Source: Octopus sinensis
Taxonomy: Eukaryota
Reading direction: 5' to 3'
Length of the DNA stretch: 64,000 nucleotides
Assembly: GCF_006345805.1 (NCBI RefSeq)
Contig: NC_043008.1
Span: 25,482,001-25,546,000, forward strand
Positions 49,361-63,604 of the stretch are shown here, piece after piece. Both the position numbers and the translations under genes were made by a program. The notes under the pieces were generated by a model. That model was not told the origin of the DNA and ran no database searches. It saw only the letters and a list, made by a program, of their open reading frames with translations. Within the stretch, counting starts at the first letter, position 1, and every line of letters starts with the position of its first letter.

Positions 49361-50502
49361 GAATTTAGAAACTTTAGAAACTTCAAGAGATGTAAAATAA
49401 ATCTTTTTTGAGCAGTGGAGCTTGGAGTTGATAAAAGTATAAATAATAGCACATGAATATCAGGTTAAAAAAAATTCTTGGATGGAAAAGATATATATAT
49501 ATATATATGTGTATGTGTACATATATATATATATATATGTATATATTTGTGTGTGTGTGTGTGTGTGTGTATGTGTGTGTGTGTGTGTGTGTGTGAGTAT
49601 ATATTTTTGTAAAGTATTGAGATGTTTGTTTACAGTCAAATGCATTAAACTGGTTGTATTGTAACTAGGTTGCCCAATAGATTGTTTTATGGAGAGCTTT
49701 GAAATAAAGATGCTAAGTCATAAGCCAAAGACGTGATTCAAAGATGTGGTTAAGAATAATTTGAAGATTCTGGTGTATGGACATTAGAAACTGGGAATTC
49801 TTAGCAATGGAGTGAACTGGCTAGTGTTGTATAATTAAAGATGGTTGTGAAAAGTCTGAGGCAATGTTATTGAACATGCAAAGCTCAAGCAATCCTTGCA
49901 AAAGGAAGAAAACAGAGAGATTCCAGAAGATTTCAATACAGAATTTAAATGCAATAAGTACAACAGAGTATTGCTTTCATTAATCGCCAAATATTGGCTG
50001 TATTAAGGAAGTCACTTGCTGATTCTGATAATCTTTTATGCAGAGGCCAAATAACTATGTTTGTCCATGTCTGTGGAACACTTTGTTATTCACAAAGTGG
50101 TTTGACCAGACACCATCATTTTCATTATCAACATGAACAAGGCTGCAATTTTCGTTTTCACAGTCACACTTGTGAGAAAGCATGTTGCTCTGGGGCCAGG
50201 CATAAGAGCCTCTTATGTTGGATGCTTATTGATGGCTTTTGGAAAGATAGCAATATTCTGAAAAGAATATCTGGTGTATGTGAGTTCATGTATGTGCATG
50301 TGTTTGTATGTTAGGTAGAGATAGCAAGGAAGAAAGAGAAAGAGTGTGAAAAAGTGATGTAAAGATGAAGAGAGAGAGAGAGAAAGAGAGAGAGAATGAG
50401 TGAAAGAGAAAATGTACATCCGCACATACCGATACGTTTTTAGGTGTGTGTAAGCTTTATTTTAAATATTCTGCAACTTCTCACTCTCTCTATCCCTGTC
50501 TG

Positions 50503-50539
<37 letters not shown>

Positions 50540-51102
50540 TATACATGTACCAGTTTAGAAACTCAGCACTCAAGGTACTTAATTATAAAGTAGTTCTTGA
50601 CCTTTTAGCTGTCAAATCCTCTGAATATCAAAAAGGCAACAAGAGATGAAATAATGAAAGCTGCTAACCAAATTCTTTCACAGATTAATTCAATTCCCAT
50701 GCAAAACTGAAGAAAATATAGGGAAATAAAGGAAAAGTACAAAAAAAAAGAGAAAATTATTTTGGAAAGAAACATTGGCCAATTTGAAACAATGTTTTCA
50801 AAAACTAACATTGACACTTTTACTTTTATGTAAGCTGCAGATTAGTAGACAAGAAATGTATCTAGTATGACTTTTGTAAGTTTGGAGGTTTTGATGTTGA
50901 CAGCAGCGATGGTCAAAGAGATGGAGTCAATTGGTATAGATTTTATCAGGAATATTGTACAGATTAAAACTGAAAATGCAGTGTATGCTACAAGTTTGAG
51001 TTATGGCAGTTTATAGTATTGACTGAAGTACTGAGACAGAAAACAATACAATTTAAACTATTACTATTACTCAGCTGAGAGGAGAGACATGCAAGAGTAT
51101 GT

Positions 51103-51104
<2 letters not shown>

Positions 51105-51144
<40 letters not shown>

Positions 51145-51425
51145 CCTCCTCCACCTCCTCATTTAACGTCCATTTTCCATGCTGGTATGGGCTGGATGGT
51201 TTGACTGGAGTTGGTAAGGCCAGGGGTTGCACCAGGCTCCATTGTCTGTTCTTGTATGGTTTCTATGGCTGGATGCCCTTCCTAATGCCAACCACTCCTC
51301 AGAGTCACTGGGTGCTTTTTATGTGCAACAGCACTGGTGCTTTTAATGTAGAACCAGCGTACTTTTTATGTGGCACTAGCACCGATATCAGTTCTTCTGT
51401 GACAGACAGGTCTTCTTGAGTACAG
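51105..51425 (-). mobile_element. RTE-type 3' tail
   Basis: (CAT)n..atttaacgtccattttccatgctggtatggg. Confidence 0.8.
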
Positions 51426-51914
51426 CAATGTAACCATAGCAATGTAACTACAGCAATGGATTATGAATAATTAAATATATAAAAAACACTCTGTATATCT
51501 TACTTAGCATGGATATTCTGTAAGAAAGCCTCAATACTGAAGTATACATCTTGAGAAGGTGTCTCTGAAATAGATGTATAGCGCTAACAATTACAGAAGT
51601 ATCAGTAGCAAAGAAAAAGATGCCCAGCAACATGGACCTAGCAGTTCCACAGATGTAGCTGAGCATTTTGTGTCTGTTCTTGATTTTGTACTTTTGTACT
51701 TTTTAGTGCTTTTGTACTTTTTAGTGCTTTTGTACTTTATAACCCTATACAACTCTATGAGTTGCCGTCTTAAGATAAACACTGCAGTATTGTGGCTTTG
51801 TATTAGTACATCCTCATTAAGTAAGACATAAAGACATTAAGTAAGACATAGGTCCTAATACTACTTCTGTAGCTAATAACAAATTAAATATAAAGAATCA
51901 TATCTATCTATCCT

Positions 51915-51970
<56 letters not shown>

Positions 51971-52060
51971 CACATATTCATATGCACATATGTATGTATG
52001 TATATCTATGTATATGTAAAAGCCGCCTTGTGATTTTGGGGCCACTGAAGTACAACTTAC

Positions 52061-52165
52061 AGAGACAACTTGTAATGTGCATTGAGGAGGACCTTCATCC
52101 AAAGTATTCCAACCAAAACCCTCCTTTTCAAGCACAGTATATAAATTTATCTTGCAGTACATGGG
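52061..52165 (-). CDS. Putative internal coding exon (105 nt) of the same minus-strand gene
   Basis: Strong donor TCT|gtaagt; reads PMYCKINLYTVLEKEGFGWNTLDEGPPQCTLQVVS; phase 0 fits the 44414 acceptor. The acceptor position is uncertain. Confidence 0.45.
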
Positions 52166-55100
52166 CTACTAAGTTAGAATATGATTTGTGAGGTGATGTT
52201 GTTAACATTTCAGATGACCATGCAGAGCTTATCTTGTTGGCTCATGTGTGCGTGTGTGTGTGTATGTGTGTGCATGTGTGTGTTTGTATGTATCTGTATT
52301 TTTGTGTGTGTGTTTATACATACATACATACATATGTACATACACACATATATATAAATAGATATATACCTTTTTGCACAAACTTTCAGTGTTGACAGGT
52401 TTTCTGTGGCTAAATGACCTCCCTAGCTCCAACTTAATAGAGTGTGCCATGTGTATCTTAGCATAGTACCAGTATTAACGATTGTTATGAAAAGACTAAG
52501 GAATCTCTCAACCCTCAACTATATCTCTGCTTATTTTCCACAATACATTGAACACAGAGTGTTCTGAATGTATTTCCTCATGATGGTGCAAGCACTAAAA
52601 AAGTTGTTTTGGTACCATGCAACTTAGTAGGAGGGTTTCACTGCTCTATATTATCGTTTTTTGGTGTCGTCTAATGAACAGGATGAGTAAAATGTAGGGA
52701 GATGAGAGAAAATGGACTGGGAAAGAAGATAATAGAGTATAATGAGGATAACAATTTGGGTGATGGTGTGAAAGAGGAGGGAGAAATAAAGAAACAATGC
52801 AAGAAGAGTAATGAAGAGAGGCAGTAAAGACAGAATGTAATGAGTAAGATAGTAAGGGCACAATGTAATGGGAGTTTCAGAGAAAGAGTGCAGGAGTGAT
52901 GTATCATTGTAGAGATTGTCACTGACAAGAGAATGGATTAACACCATTATTGAGCAACCTGACGGATTGGCAATATAGAAGGGTTGTTATTGTCAGTTTG
53001 TAAGAGAGAGTACAAACGGTCAAAATAGTGATAGAAAGAGAGTGATGGATGTCAATAAAAAAGTGATATTAGGGAGAAATGAAGTGATGGTAGACAACAC
53101 TAGAGGGTAAATGGGGTAGCACACTAGATACCAATAAATTGAATGCAGTCATCTCTTATTCAGATATTGAGATTGGAGAGAAACACTTGCAGCAGTAACA
53201 TCATCATCATTTAAAGTCCGTCTTCCATGCTGGCATGGGTTGGTGAGATGTTTTCTAGTAAAAGATAGCGGCTGAGTGATGGGTTCTTGTGGGATTGGTT
53301 TATGTAAAGTCATAGCCGTATATATATTACTGATAGGTATCTTACTAATTCTATATATGTTAATGATGGTTCAAGTACTAATTGTGCACATATCCTGATG
53401 GTTAATGTAGTAACTCTGCATTTAAAACTAAATGTAATAACTGTATATTTAGAACTATATGTAGTAACTGTGTCTATATTACTGATGATCAATGTAACTG
53501 GTTAGTTTAGTAATTTTGAACAATATAGATGATTAATGTTCAGCAGTGTATATATTACTTGGAGTTAATGCATTAATTGTCTCTATATTATTGATGGTTA
53601 ACACCTAAATTCCAAGCAATAAGAAATGCTATTGTTTTATCAATAGGAGTAACTATTCAAATGGAGTTATATATTGTTAACAGTAAAAGGAATGTTGAAG
53701 TAAGGAATAGCAAAGAATTTTTGACCAGTGAAGGCGTTGACAGATTTGAAACTAAATGTCAAAAAGTGATCAATAAAGAGAATGTTAATGAGAATTGTAT
53801 AAAAATTTCAGCTCATAAACCAAAGCTTTATTCATTGACTACATCAATTACAAATTCATCTCTTGTTGCTTTTGTGCTATAATATCTTTGTTTATAATAT
53901 TACAAAAGGCTTTCTTTGTTGCTTTGATTCTTTGATATCCATATTGGTTGTTATTTCAACAAAACAGAGATCTTTGGCCTGGTACTAATGAAAATATAGA
54001 TTTTTGATGTGTATGTATCTTTCCACATTTCTAAAATTGCAGGAATTCTTACTGTTTGTTGATCATTATGATAATATGTATGAATATTTTAAATATAGGT
54101 TTATGCGCATAGCTGTAAGCTGTTACTACTGTGTGGGAATATATTGTCAGGGAACCATCTCTGTAATTAGCATTGGTATTCCACTTGAAACTATTCTATG
54201 ATATCATTAATGCCTTTAGGAATTGCAACATCACAGGGAGTTCTTTCTCTTATAAGTCTTCAGCATCAAACTCTAACAAAATGTACATGTATTAACATTA
54301 TCCGTACTTATGAGTATAGGATCTGTTGAGAGATTTAACCTTTACAATAGTTCCCATATAAATTAGCTGCCTTACTGAATTAGGTTCTTTGATTCCTTTG
54401 ATTTCTTTGATGTTGCATCATTTGGGAAAATCCATTTATTGTAGGACAACCAGTAAATATTGGTGACATTAACTGGTTAAGAGAATAAAACTACACCAGA
54501 TGATAGCTTTTAGCTTATATATATATATGTGTGTGTGTGTGTTTGTATGTCTCCTTTTTAATTCTTTGAATTCTAACAGAAAGAAACACTTGTTTTTAGA
54601 AAACTGCCTCATCATTGCATCATTGGAGCATTCTGGTAACAATAACAGTAAAAATCCAGAACTTTGTATTTTCATTGTTCCACATAGAAATTGAATGTGC
54701 AGAATGTGAGTTAGATAGTCTATTTCTTTACCTAAACCTTCCTATGATGACATCTTTGGGCAGTTACTAATCATATGTGTAATGCCTTTCATAGATATGC
54801 AATTGCATATAATCAACATTTTCAGCTGCATCTTTGGTGTTTAAGGATTTCACTATCACTTTTGTGTAACAGGTAATTAGTAGCTATCTCTTTGCTCTTA
54901 AACTTGAAAAGTATATCCTTAAACATGTGATGAAATGTAATTGTAATGAGCATAGGAGAGATTACACTTCCAGTCAATTTTCATATGTATCATTCATAAA
55001 GAGTTCACTCATGACTCAAATGATTTTGTCCTCCTTAATTTTGAGCACTTAACTGAGTTATATGTTGTTGCTATTTTTTTTAGCAGACACTGAATAATTA

Positions 55101-56237
55101 ATCTTAAGATTCTCTTGCCATAGTTTTCTGTAGCTTTTGCTATTTGTCAGGAAACTTAGAATTGCTGTTAGGAGTTTATTGGTTTTAATGCAAATGGAAC
55201 AAATTTCCTTCATAATCCAGTTAAATATTCCAGATGTAGGTATCTGTACTAGTAAGACAATTGCATTGTAAGACAATTGTGTAAAATTCTTTTGTTACTC
55301 TTTCTTAGCTCGCAGTAGCTGTGTATGATAAAGTTTTATCAAATAATAAATTATTTGTAGCAGTCTTTGTTTGAAGCCAGAGAGATTGTTTGGAAAGTGG
55401 TTTTTCCACATACTGCTGCCAAATATGGACATATTTTATTGGTGAAATTCTATTGTAATATCAGTTGAAGACGTTGATATTAAATGCAGTTGTCTCAGGA
55501 GCTATTTCTTATATAGATATTCAAATCATCAAAAATATCATGGATAACATTAGTGTTCCACTGCTGTGCACTATAGCATAATAAGCATAAAATTTCTGTA
55601 ATGGGAACTACAGTGGATTTAAAATCAAAATAAATATAACAGATAGTTTTTCCTTGGAATATTCTCTTTCTCAAAATTTTTATATCAGGCAACCTCATTG
55701 ATTGATGAGGATTGTTGACCAAGTTTTTGAATGATTTTCAGTAGTATTGCTTATTGTAGCAGGCACTTGTGCCAATTCTGTGACTGTAGCATCCATGCAC
55801 CAAATGCCTTTTTCTAATCGTTACTTTAAACTGCACCTCTATTTTAAATAAAAGTTGTTCAGCATATCCCTTAAATTTCCATCCTTACAGCCTCCTGCAC
55901 ATCAGATACTATGCAATGATCACTGATGGATTAGATTAAACAGCTTAGGAATATATTTGAGCACTAAACAACAAATAAGCTTAAAATTTTCATTGAAAAG
56001 ATATTTTCCTTCTTGTTAGAGCCATGACAAACCAGTTTCATGAGCAAATTTGGCTTTTCATAGTTTTTTTCAGAATGCCCACATCTTGCACTAAGATCCA
56101 ACTACAAAGCACAACTTTCTGCCTTTCCATTGGACAGTTTTTACACATCTTCACGGAAAGATTTAGAGTAGATAGTGTATTTTTTTTTACTGTACTAACA
56201 TAGTACAGTATTCCTCTCTGGTTGAGTTTCAGCTATG

Positions 56238-58546
56238 ATAAAGGTAGAATGAAAAAGTTTCTGGACTAACTTATTTATCTAAGTTTTAAAATTGTAGCAT
56301 ACGCTTAGTGAAATTCTCTCTCACTGTTATATATAACATAAATATGGATGTAGCAATAACAGCTAGCCTTTGGCCGTTTGAACCCTGTTGTGTCCAATAC
56401 TCTGATTGGTTGGTATTGGCGCAGTTTGTCACTTGCTCTATTATGCACCAATGTGCAACCCAACCAATCACAGCCATCTGATAAGGTCCCATGACACAGT
56501 CTTCTAAATTCTCTGTTGGAGCCTCCTAGTCTCTATAAAAGCTAGATCAACAAACCGTATTTTGTCTTTGGTTTGCAACCTTCTAAGGTCCAACCGCAGA
56601 CCACAGAGCATTCAGCCAGTTTCAGCGACACAGCCAGTTCCAGTGATTGACACCACCAGCAGTATTCCAGACCACCACCTCCGTCGCCTTCATTTTAATG
56701 TCACCATCATCTTATCGACTTCAACAACATCTCTACGTACACAGCAACTTCGCTCTGATTTAACTTCATGCTGGTTGTGAATACTTCACCATGGTTAACA
56801 GCAAGGACTACGTGCGAGATTTTCCTGTATCAAGTAACCGGCACAGCATAGTGTCCACAACTGCTTACATGTCACGTGATTCAACTGGCTCTGAAATTGT
56901 AGCCACAACTTCTTGTTACAGAACTTCAACTATTGTGTACCTTACTACGAACTGGTATTTATCTTCATTGTGTCTGAACTTCTTCTGTCCTCTTACAGAC
57001 TTTCTATGTTCTGTATTTTATCTCACACGCATATACCCTTGTTTGTACACACATACACATTATGTATGCATGACGGCCTGTCTATTGTCTATTATTATTA
57101 TTATTATATATGTACTTATGATGCACACGCAGACATACACTCTGCTAACACCTAAATAAGACCTATCTCTTAACATTCTACGGCCGTGTCGTCTTTCTTT
57201 TCCTTTCTGGCACTCATACTCATTTATCAATTTTTGCTTTTATTGTAAGCGACCGTGCAGTGTATTAAAGGAGTCATTCATTCATCACCTCTCCTTTTGC
57301 ACGGTCGTTCTACAACATCATCCCCTTCGAAATAGTCACATAGCACAGCAATACACCAGTCCCAGCATTTCTGCCACTTTTGCAATCTGGCTTGGAAGTT
57401 GTTTTCTGTATGCAAATCAAGGGACTTCAGTGATTCACTCTGGATCTTGACAATGGTGTTAAAGCAGCAACTTTTGAGTGGCATTTTATCTTGAATAGTT
57501 GGAAGTCCACAGGCACTAAATCTTGTGAATAGGGAGGGTGTAGAAGTAATGCTAAGTTCTTTTTGGTGAGAAACTCATGAGTGAGGAAAGCTTGGTGACA
57601 GGATGCATTGACATCGCGAAGAATCCAATTCTTCTCTCACTACAGATCTGGTTGCTTTTGCCAAATGTCCTCCCTCAAATACTTTAAAATGTCACTGTAG
57701 AATTCTTAATTGATGGTCTGGCCCTGAGGGATGAATTCTCGATGCACAATACTGCAGAGGTAAAAGAAAACAAAAAACAATGAACATGCTCTTGATTGAG
57801 CTGTGGCTGAGTCATGCCTTCTTTGGTCATGGTGATGAAGGGCTCTTCCATTATGATGACTGCTGCTTCGTCTCAGAGTTGTACTCTTAGACCCAACTCA
57901 CATCACCAGTGAAACTTGATATGAAGGATGGTCATCAGCAGCAGGCTGATGGAGATTTTGACAGACTTTGATTCGATGTTCTTTCTGCTCAGTGGTCAGC
58001 AGGTGGGGGGCAAATTTGGCAGAGACACACCACATACTTAATTCTGACGTTAGGTTTGCCTGCACAGACCCTTGCAACACACCAACAACATTAGTAGTGT
58101 CATTGATTGTCCTCCAACGATCCTCATGCACAAGCTGATGAATTTTCTCCCCACTTCTGGGGGTGACACTTGTGGCAGCTCTTCCAGATCACTCATCGTT
58201 TTCCAGAGATCTCCTTCCATTTTTGAATGAAAGATTGTGTATGACCCATTGCTTCATTGCTGTAAGCTTGCTGAAGCATGTTCAATGTCTCTGTAGCAGA
58301 CTTTCCAAGTTTAATCCAAAATCTCCTGTTGACTCATTGTTTCTGTCCATGACAAAATCACAGACTACAGCATCACATGATCACAAAAACACTAATTTCA
58401 TAACTTGCAAAGTAAACACAGTGATGTCACGTGACACACTGCCTCATGAAGGTCACTGCTAGCTCTCATTGTGCACACAACTGTGTGCTGCCATCAGTTG
58501 GCACGCTACATAACTAGTCCAGGAACTTTTTGATACCACCTCGTAT
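56238..58546 (-). mobile_element. Mariner (DD34D) transposon, defective, interrupted by a ~1-kb insert
   Basis: TIRs: ataaaggtagaatgaaaaagtttctggactaa (~56238) versus the reverse complement of ctagtccaggaactttttgataccacctcgtat (~58514-58546). Minus-strand motifs LLTTEQKEHR, TGDVSWV, YSQDLVPVDF, WQKCWDWCI..YFEGD. Without the insert it is ~1.3 kb. Confidence 0.88.
56293..57314 (+). mobile_element. Solo LTR-like insert in the mariner 3' end
   Basis: TGTAG...CTACA termini; flanks aaat/acat (4-bp TSD with 1 mismatch); CCAAT-like ccaatcacagcc (~56464); TATA-like ctataaaag (~56533); ATTAAA near the 3' end. Confidence 0.65.
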
Positions 58547-61500
58547 TAAAGCTGATATTTTTCTTTTCATTCCAGATTTTAGGTAAAATGATTGATATTT
58601 CTGAGTAGAGGTTCTTTTAAACAGAAATAGTTCACTTTCATCGTAGAGACATTTTTCTTTCATTCTATTATTCCCCAGATTGTCTTATGTTAAATAATTT
58701 CCTAACTCTTTTCAAGGCAAGTATATTCTATGTATTGTTTGAACAGTAATAAGGATTTCTGTTATTTGTTGGATACTTGGAGCACCACATAAGGTATTCA
58801 TTTCCATCATACTTTTAGGATATTTTAGTTTTGCAGAGATTGTTGTACTCTTGAAGAATCAGTTAAACCTAGTACTACAAGCTACAGAAAATCCCACCAG
58901 TCTTAGAGATATGCTGTTGCTCACAATGGTGAGTTGTTGTCACTACACAAAATATATTTACAAAGTGGACTAGATAATTTGATAGTTAAGGGGTTTCTCT
59001 ATAGAATCAATTTTAATGCTGAGAAAACACAAAACGTAGATTTTTCCAACCAGTTGTTTAGGTTTTGTTGTTTTTTTATCATCTTTACCTTTCTATCTCA
59101 TGTGTCTGCATATAATTTCCAGACTGTTTTCTAAAGTGTACACAAGTTTATTGGTCTCTCCATTTCTAAGTACATTAACAAAATCTAAAATGAAATAAAT
59201 ATATCATCATCCTACTAATCCTGTGCTTTGAATTATATATAAGTTTCTTCTTAAGAAAATAAAATGTGCACAGTGTTTCTTTAAACTTCTTGAGAAAGTG
59301 CAATTGTCTTAAGAAATACTGCCAGTATAAATACTCTCTTTCACACACACACACATGCATACACATTATTTTCTGTTATTTTTTCCTCTCATCATCGTAT
59401 TAAGTCTGTTTTTCTGGACTAACATGATTTGGACAGTTGAGTATTAGTTCAAATATATTGACAACCTTGTGACATCTGGTCAAAGAAGTGTAGTGTTTTG
59501 ATATCTTACCTAGCTTATTTCAAATTATCCTTAGTCGTTTTATCTTGCACTAAAATACATGTTTATATAACCTCAAACAAATATGTCTTGGTTAGCCACG
59601 CAGATATGTATATATGCATTCTTTATGAACAGGACAAATTTACATTTTGGTATAAAATGTAAAAGAAATATGGCAAGTAGAGTTGTACCGGAACAGTTAT
59701 TTACAAATTTCTGACTTTATTTCCTTAAAGATCTCATATAAGTATTGTGATAGTTACTTTATGTTTTTCTTTATTGAAATTAGTATCCTTCAGAATTACT
59801 TTAAAGATACACAACAGGCAAGTTCCTTTTATCATTAAAGATAATTTACCATTTGCTTAAATTGTCTGCATCCATTATAAAAATGGACAGACCTTTTTGG
59901 TTTTTCTGATTTACACCTTGAAATTAATGCCACAAACAATTAACAACAAACTAGAAATTGATTAAGTAATTATACATGAGTTCCTGATCATCTGAAATTA
60001 GGATTGAAGAATCTCTTATTCATATAGAAACACCAAAGATTGTATTGGTAGATTACATTAATCTGAGGGAACAAAAGAATAGAATACCATCATTTCAAAG
60101 GTTTAATCAGAAATAATTGTTACTATTATACAAGACAATACTGGAACCTTAACTGGCATTGTTATTATCTATTTTCTAACATTCAATAGAGATACTAAAC
60201 CAATTATGATATCTTGCTTCTCATGTCTCTAATACCACTAAAACACACACACACATTGTTGTGAAGAGCCCGGCTTATGTTATTCAAAACCCCGAGTAAA
60301 CTGTTCATTTTTGATATGATAAATATATCTATCTCATTCATAGAGTGCATGCATTGAGTTGTATATCAGGTAATATTAGTACTATATAAAATATACTGCA
60401 ATATGTTTTGCAAATATACATAATATTATTCTATTTTATTAAGTAGGCGCGAAACAGAGGGGACATTATCTAATATTTTTGTTGACTCTGCCTGGTTAGA
60501 TATATTGATATGTTTAATGTACAATTTGAATTATCATAGGTTGATATCGATTCTCCACCAAGTAGTGCAGTTATTCTTACAACTTTACATATACATTTTA
60601 GTCCTGGACATTTTATTTGAGACATGTGTGTTTGAAATAATAGTAGCACTAGCCTTTCAAAAGGAGCACTTCTCCAAAGCTGCTGTTCTTTTGATTTCAC
60701 CATTCAAGTTACCAGCATGAATCAGATTGTGTCACTTGAGTTGCATTTGAGTAGCCATCTCGTGTCAACTGTTAGGTAGTGCTTAATTCTCTTTTCTTGC
60801 TCCCTTTCAAATACTGCACTTCTACATAAGGTATCCCTACTGCATCCACTGGCAGAACAATATTCTGGATACTGAGTTGCCTTGGCAGACCAAATTGTTA
60901 CTTGGACCTTGTGCAAGTGGGTGCATAGTCCAGAGACAATACATTCCTTTGCAAAATGTTCAGATAAGGTGGGACAAACATACCAGTTACATAGTGAAAC
61001 TGCACATCTCAAAACATCTTTTGTATAGCAAACCCCTTCAGGGAAAGCATGGTGGCTGCCTAAAACCTACCTAAAAAGTGCATCCTGATTTACACTGGTG
61101 CTTCAACTGCTGAAAGCAAAAGACAGCTGCTGAGAATAAACATTTATTCTGTAAAGTTAGAACTACCATTACTACAAATGTTGTACTTTTCCTACATGCT
61201 CCATAGTAGGAGAGGATCATTGACCTGGATAGACATTTTATAACCATGTTTGAACACACCAGACCAGAACATACAAATCAATCTTGAATCATGGTCATCT
61301 TTGATAATGAAGAACAAACAAAAAAGAAATTAATAACTTTATGCAGATGATTAAAGAAGTAAGAATGTTGATGTTATTTACATAGCAGTGTGTTTGTGCT
61401 TGGTTAGATGTGACAACATCTAAGTTATTGCTTAGTGTCAAGAAATGGTAGATAATTTTTTATGTGGACTATAGGAGTCTGGTGACAAACACATTGATAA

Positions 61501-62674
61501 TTAGAGATTTTATAAGTGTTTATTAGTATAAACTGCATTAATATTATCATTTATTGGTAATATCTGCATTGAGTTATATCAAAGTGTATTAATAAGAAGT
61601 AATTGTATGGAGTGGACTACTTTAGTGGTAACAGATGTGTGTGTAGGGTGACTTTAAGGTATAATGAGTATGATATAGCAAAACGACTAATGACTTATGA
61701 CTGAGGAGCTCAAACTACATTGCAGCTTCTTCATTGTTTTTATTCTGCTTGCATGAGTTCATCTAAATTTGTGCTCATCATGTATCTTAGATAAACTAGT
61801 GACTTACTTCAGAGATGATTTGTTTCCTTTGTAAGAATTTAGTTCAGCACAAATTTCACTCAGTGAAATGTAATAAATATATTATAGATCTGTGTTTCGG
61901 AGATACATGCAAGTATAATGATAATGATATTTTCTAAGGTGAGATAAATTTTGTTATTCAGTATAATGAAGACTGTATATTGAATTAACCTTGACATATT
62001 TCTGGTAATTATTTTACTATTATTGAATGAATGAATAAAAATGTTGATGTCTGAGTAATGTGAATGTGGCAAAATGAAGAATCGCACTAGATAATGTAAA
62101 ATATGAATCTTCATCTGTTTCATAAACTTATCTGCTTTAAAGGAATTGCTAACCAGTGAAGGAGTCTTAACATGGACTTGCTGAAAAGAGTTGTCCGATC
62201 TCACTCAAATCAGACTATACTGTTTTAAAATCTGGCCATGAACATTGAATGGTGTTGTCACAGATTCACTCTCTGTAAGGAGAAAACAAGATAAATGCAC
62301 TTTGAATGTTTTTGATCTCAGGTTTACTCAGTCAACACTACCATGAGGTTAAAAAATCAATAATGATAGCAAAAGCAAGACTGTAGTTAATAAAAAATTA
62401 TTTCCAGCATAGGTAAAGGACCACATATACTACTAAAGCAAGTATAGTCAATTACATGAGCCTTCAGTATTTGAGAAGTACTTATTTTAGTGATCATTAA
62501 AGAATGACAAACAAAAAAATTAAGAATTGCTTTTTCAAGCACATAATTTCAGATTCAGTGTCATATTTGACTTCAACATATAAAGCAACAGAACTAAATA
62601 CTGATAGTCTAATGTTATATTGGTATCAGACTTGGGCTGACAGTTAAAATAAAATATTCATGGTCTGTGAAGTT

Positions 62675-62738
<64 letters not shown>

Positions 62739-63604
62739 GCATATTTGCTACATATTTGGTATATATATATATATATATATATATTTAGCAGCTCTCTTTA
62801 TTTTACAAGGTATAATATGATACAAACCATACCAGATTTTGAAGATTTATATAATAATACTTTACTGGAAGGAGGGACATGTTTGTGGCTGCATGTGTGC
62901 ATATGTATAGATGTGGTTTAGAATTTCCAAACAAGATAAACTTAATTATGTAGTTTGTAGGTACATGATTTATATTTATGAAAATAACATATAACATTCT
63001 ATTAGTTTACATATATAGGTGTGTGCGCCTACATGTAATATGTATGTATGTAAGTATATACAAATACATATAGAGAAATGTAGACAAATATGCATGTACA
63101 TATATATGTGTATATATAGTTGAAATTTGCAGAAAAACAAAAAAAGGAAGACAGGTGTATAACCAACATGTGTGTGTGTGTGTGAGTGTGTATATACATG
63201 TGTGTATATATGTGTATGTATATATTTATGTACATTCACATAATTCCCTTTTACATACACATACACTTACACACAAATACACACACACTCAGTTGAATAG
63301 GCTCGCCACTAATAACACTGTGACTAATATCGAAACTACATTGGAAAAGGCTAACCACTGGACTTGGTTAAAGAGAGATAATGAGCAATGGCAAAAGAAT
63401 ATTGAGCTTCATTTGATAACCAGTTGATCAAGCAAGCAGGTCTTCGTACCAGTGAGGGCAGCTGGTGCACATTGATGCCTTCGAGAGGTAGGCCCTGAAA
63501 CGGCACACTTGCTCTCTTGATGATCCGATACACTTGCTGGCTTCTGATATGCAGAATACTCAACTGGTAGCACTTACATGTGCAAGGTGTTTGCAAAGCA
63601 TGTA

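Noticed and set aside
54236-54266. HHR-like string CTGAAGA-cttataaga-GAAAG-aa-CTC on the minus strand
   Set aside because: Stem I does not pair, stem II would need a 2-nt loop, and there is no PLE context; likely chance.
59510-59549. Minus-strand segment with strong splice sites (tattttag / AG|gtaaga)
   Set aside because: All three frames contain stops; cannot be supported as a coding exon.
60722-61074. Overlapping 96-aa and 65-aa ORFs
   Set aside because: No recognisable motif or consistent splice structure; possibly UTR or an old element.
61279-61302. 24-nt minus-strand micro-exon candidate (DHDSRLI)
   Set aside because: Its phase could not be chained consistently with the better-supported exons.
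502-63266. Numerous ORFs rich in YI, HT, CV, poly-K/R/S/F or FL repeats
   Set aside because: They are translations of microsatellites and CT/GA-rich tracts, with no domain content.
63351-63596. 81-aa minus-strand ORF next to the SINE
   Set aside because: No identifiable domain; probably a retroelement remnant that cannot be assigned.
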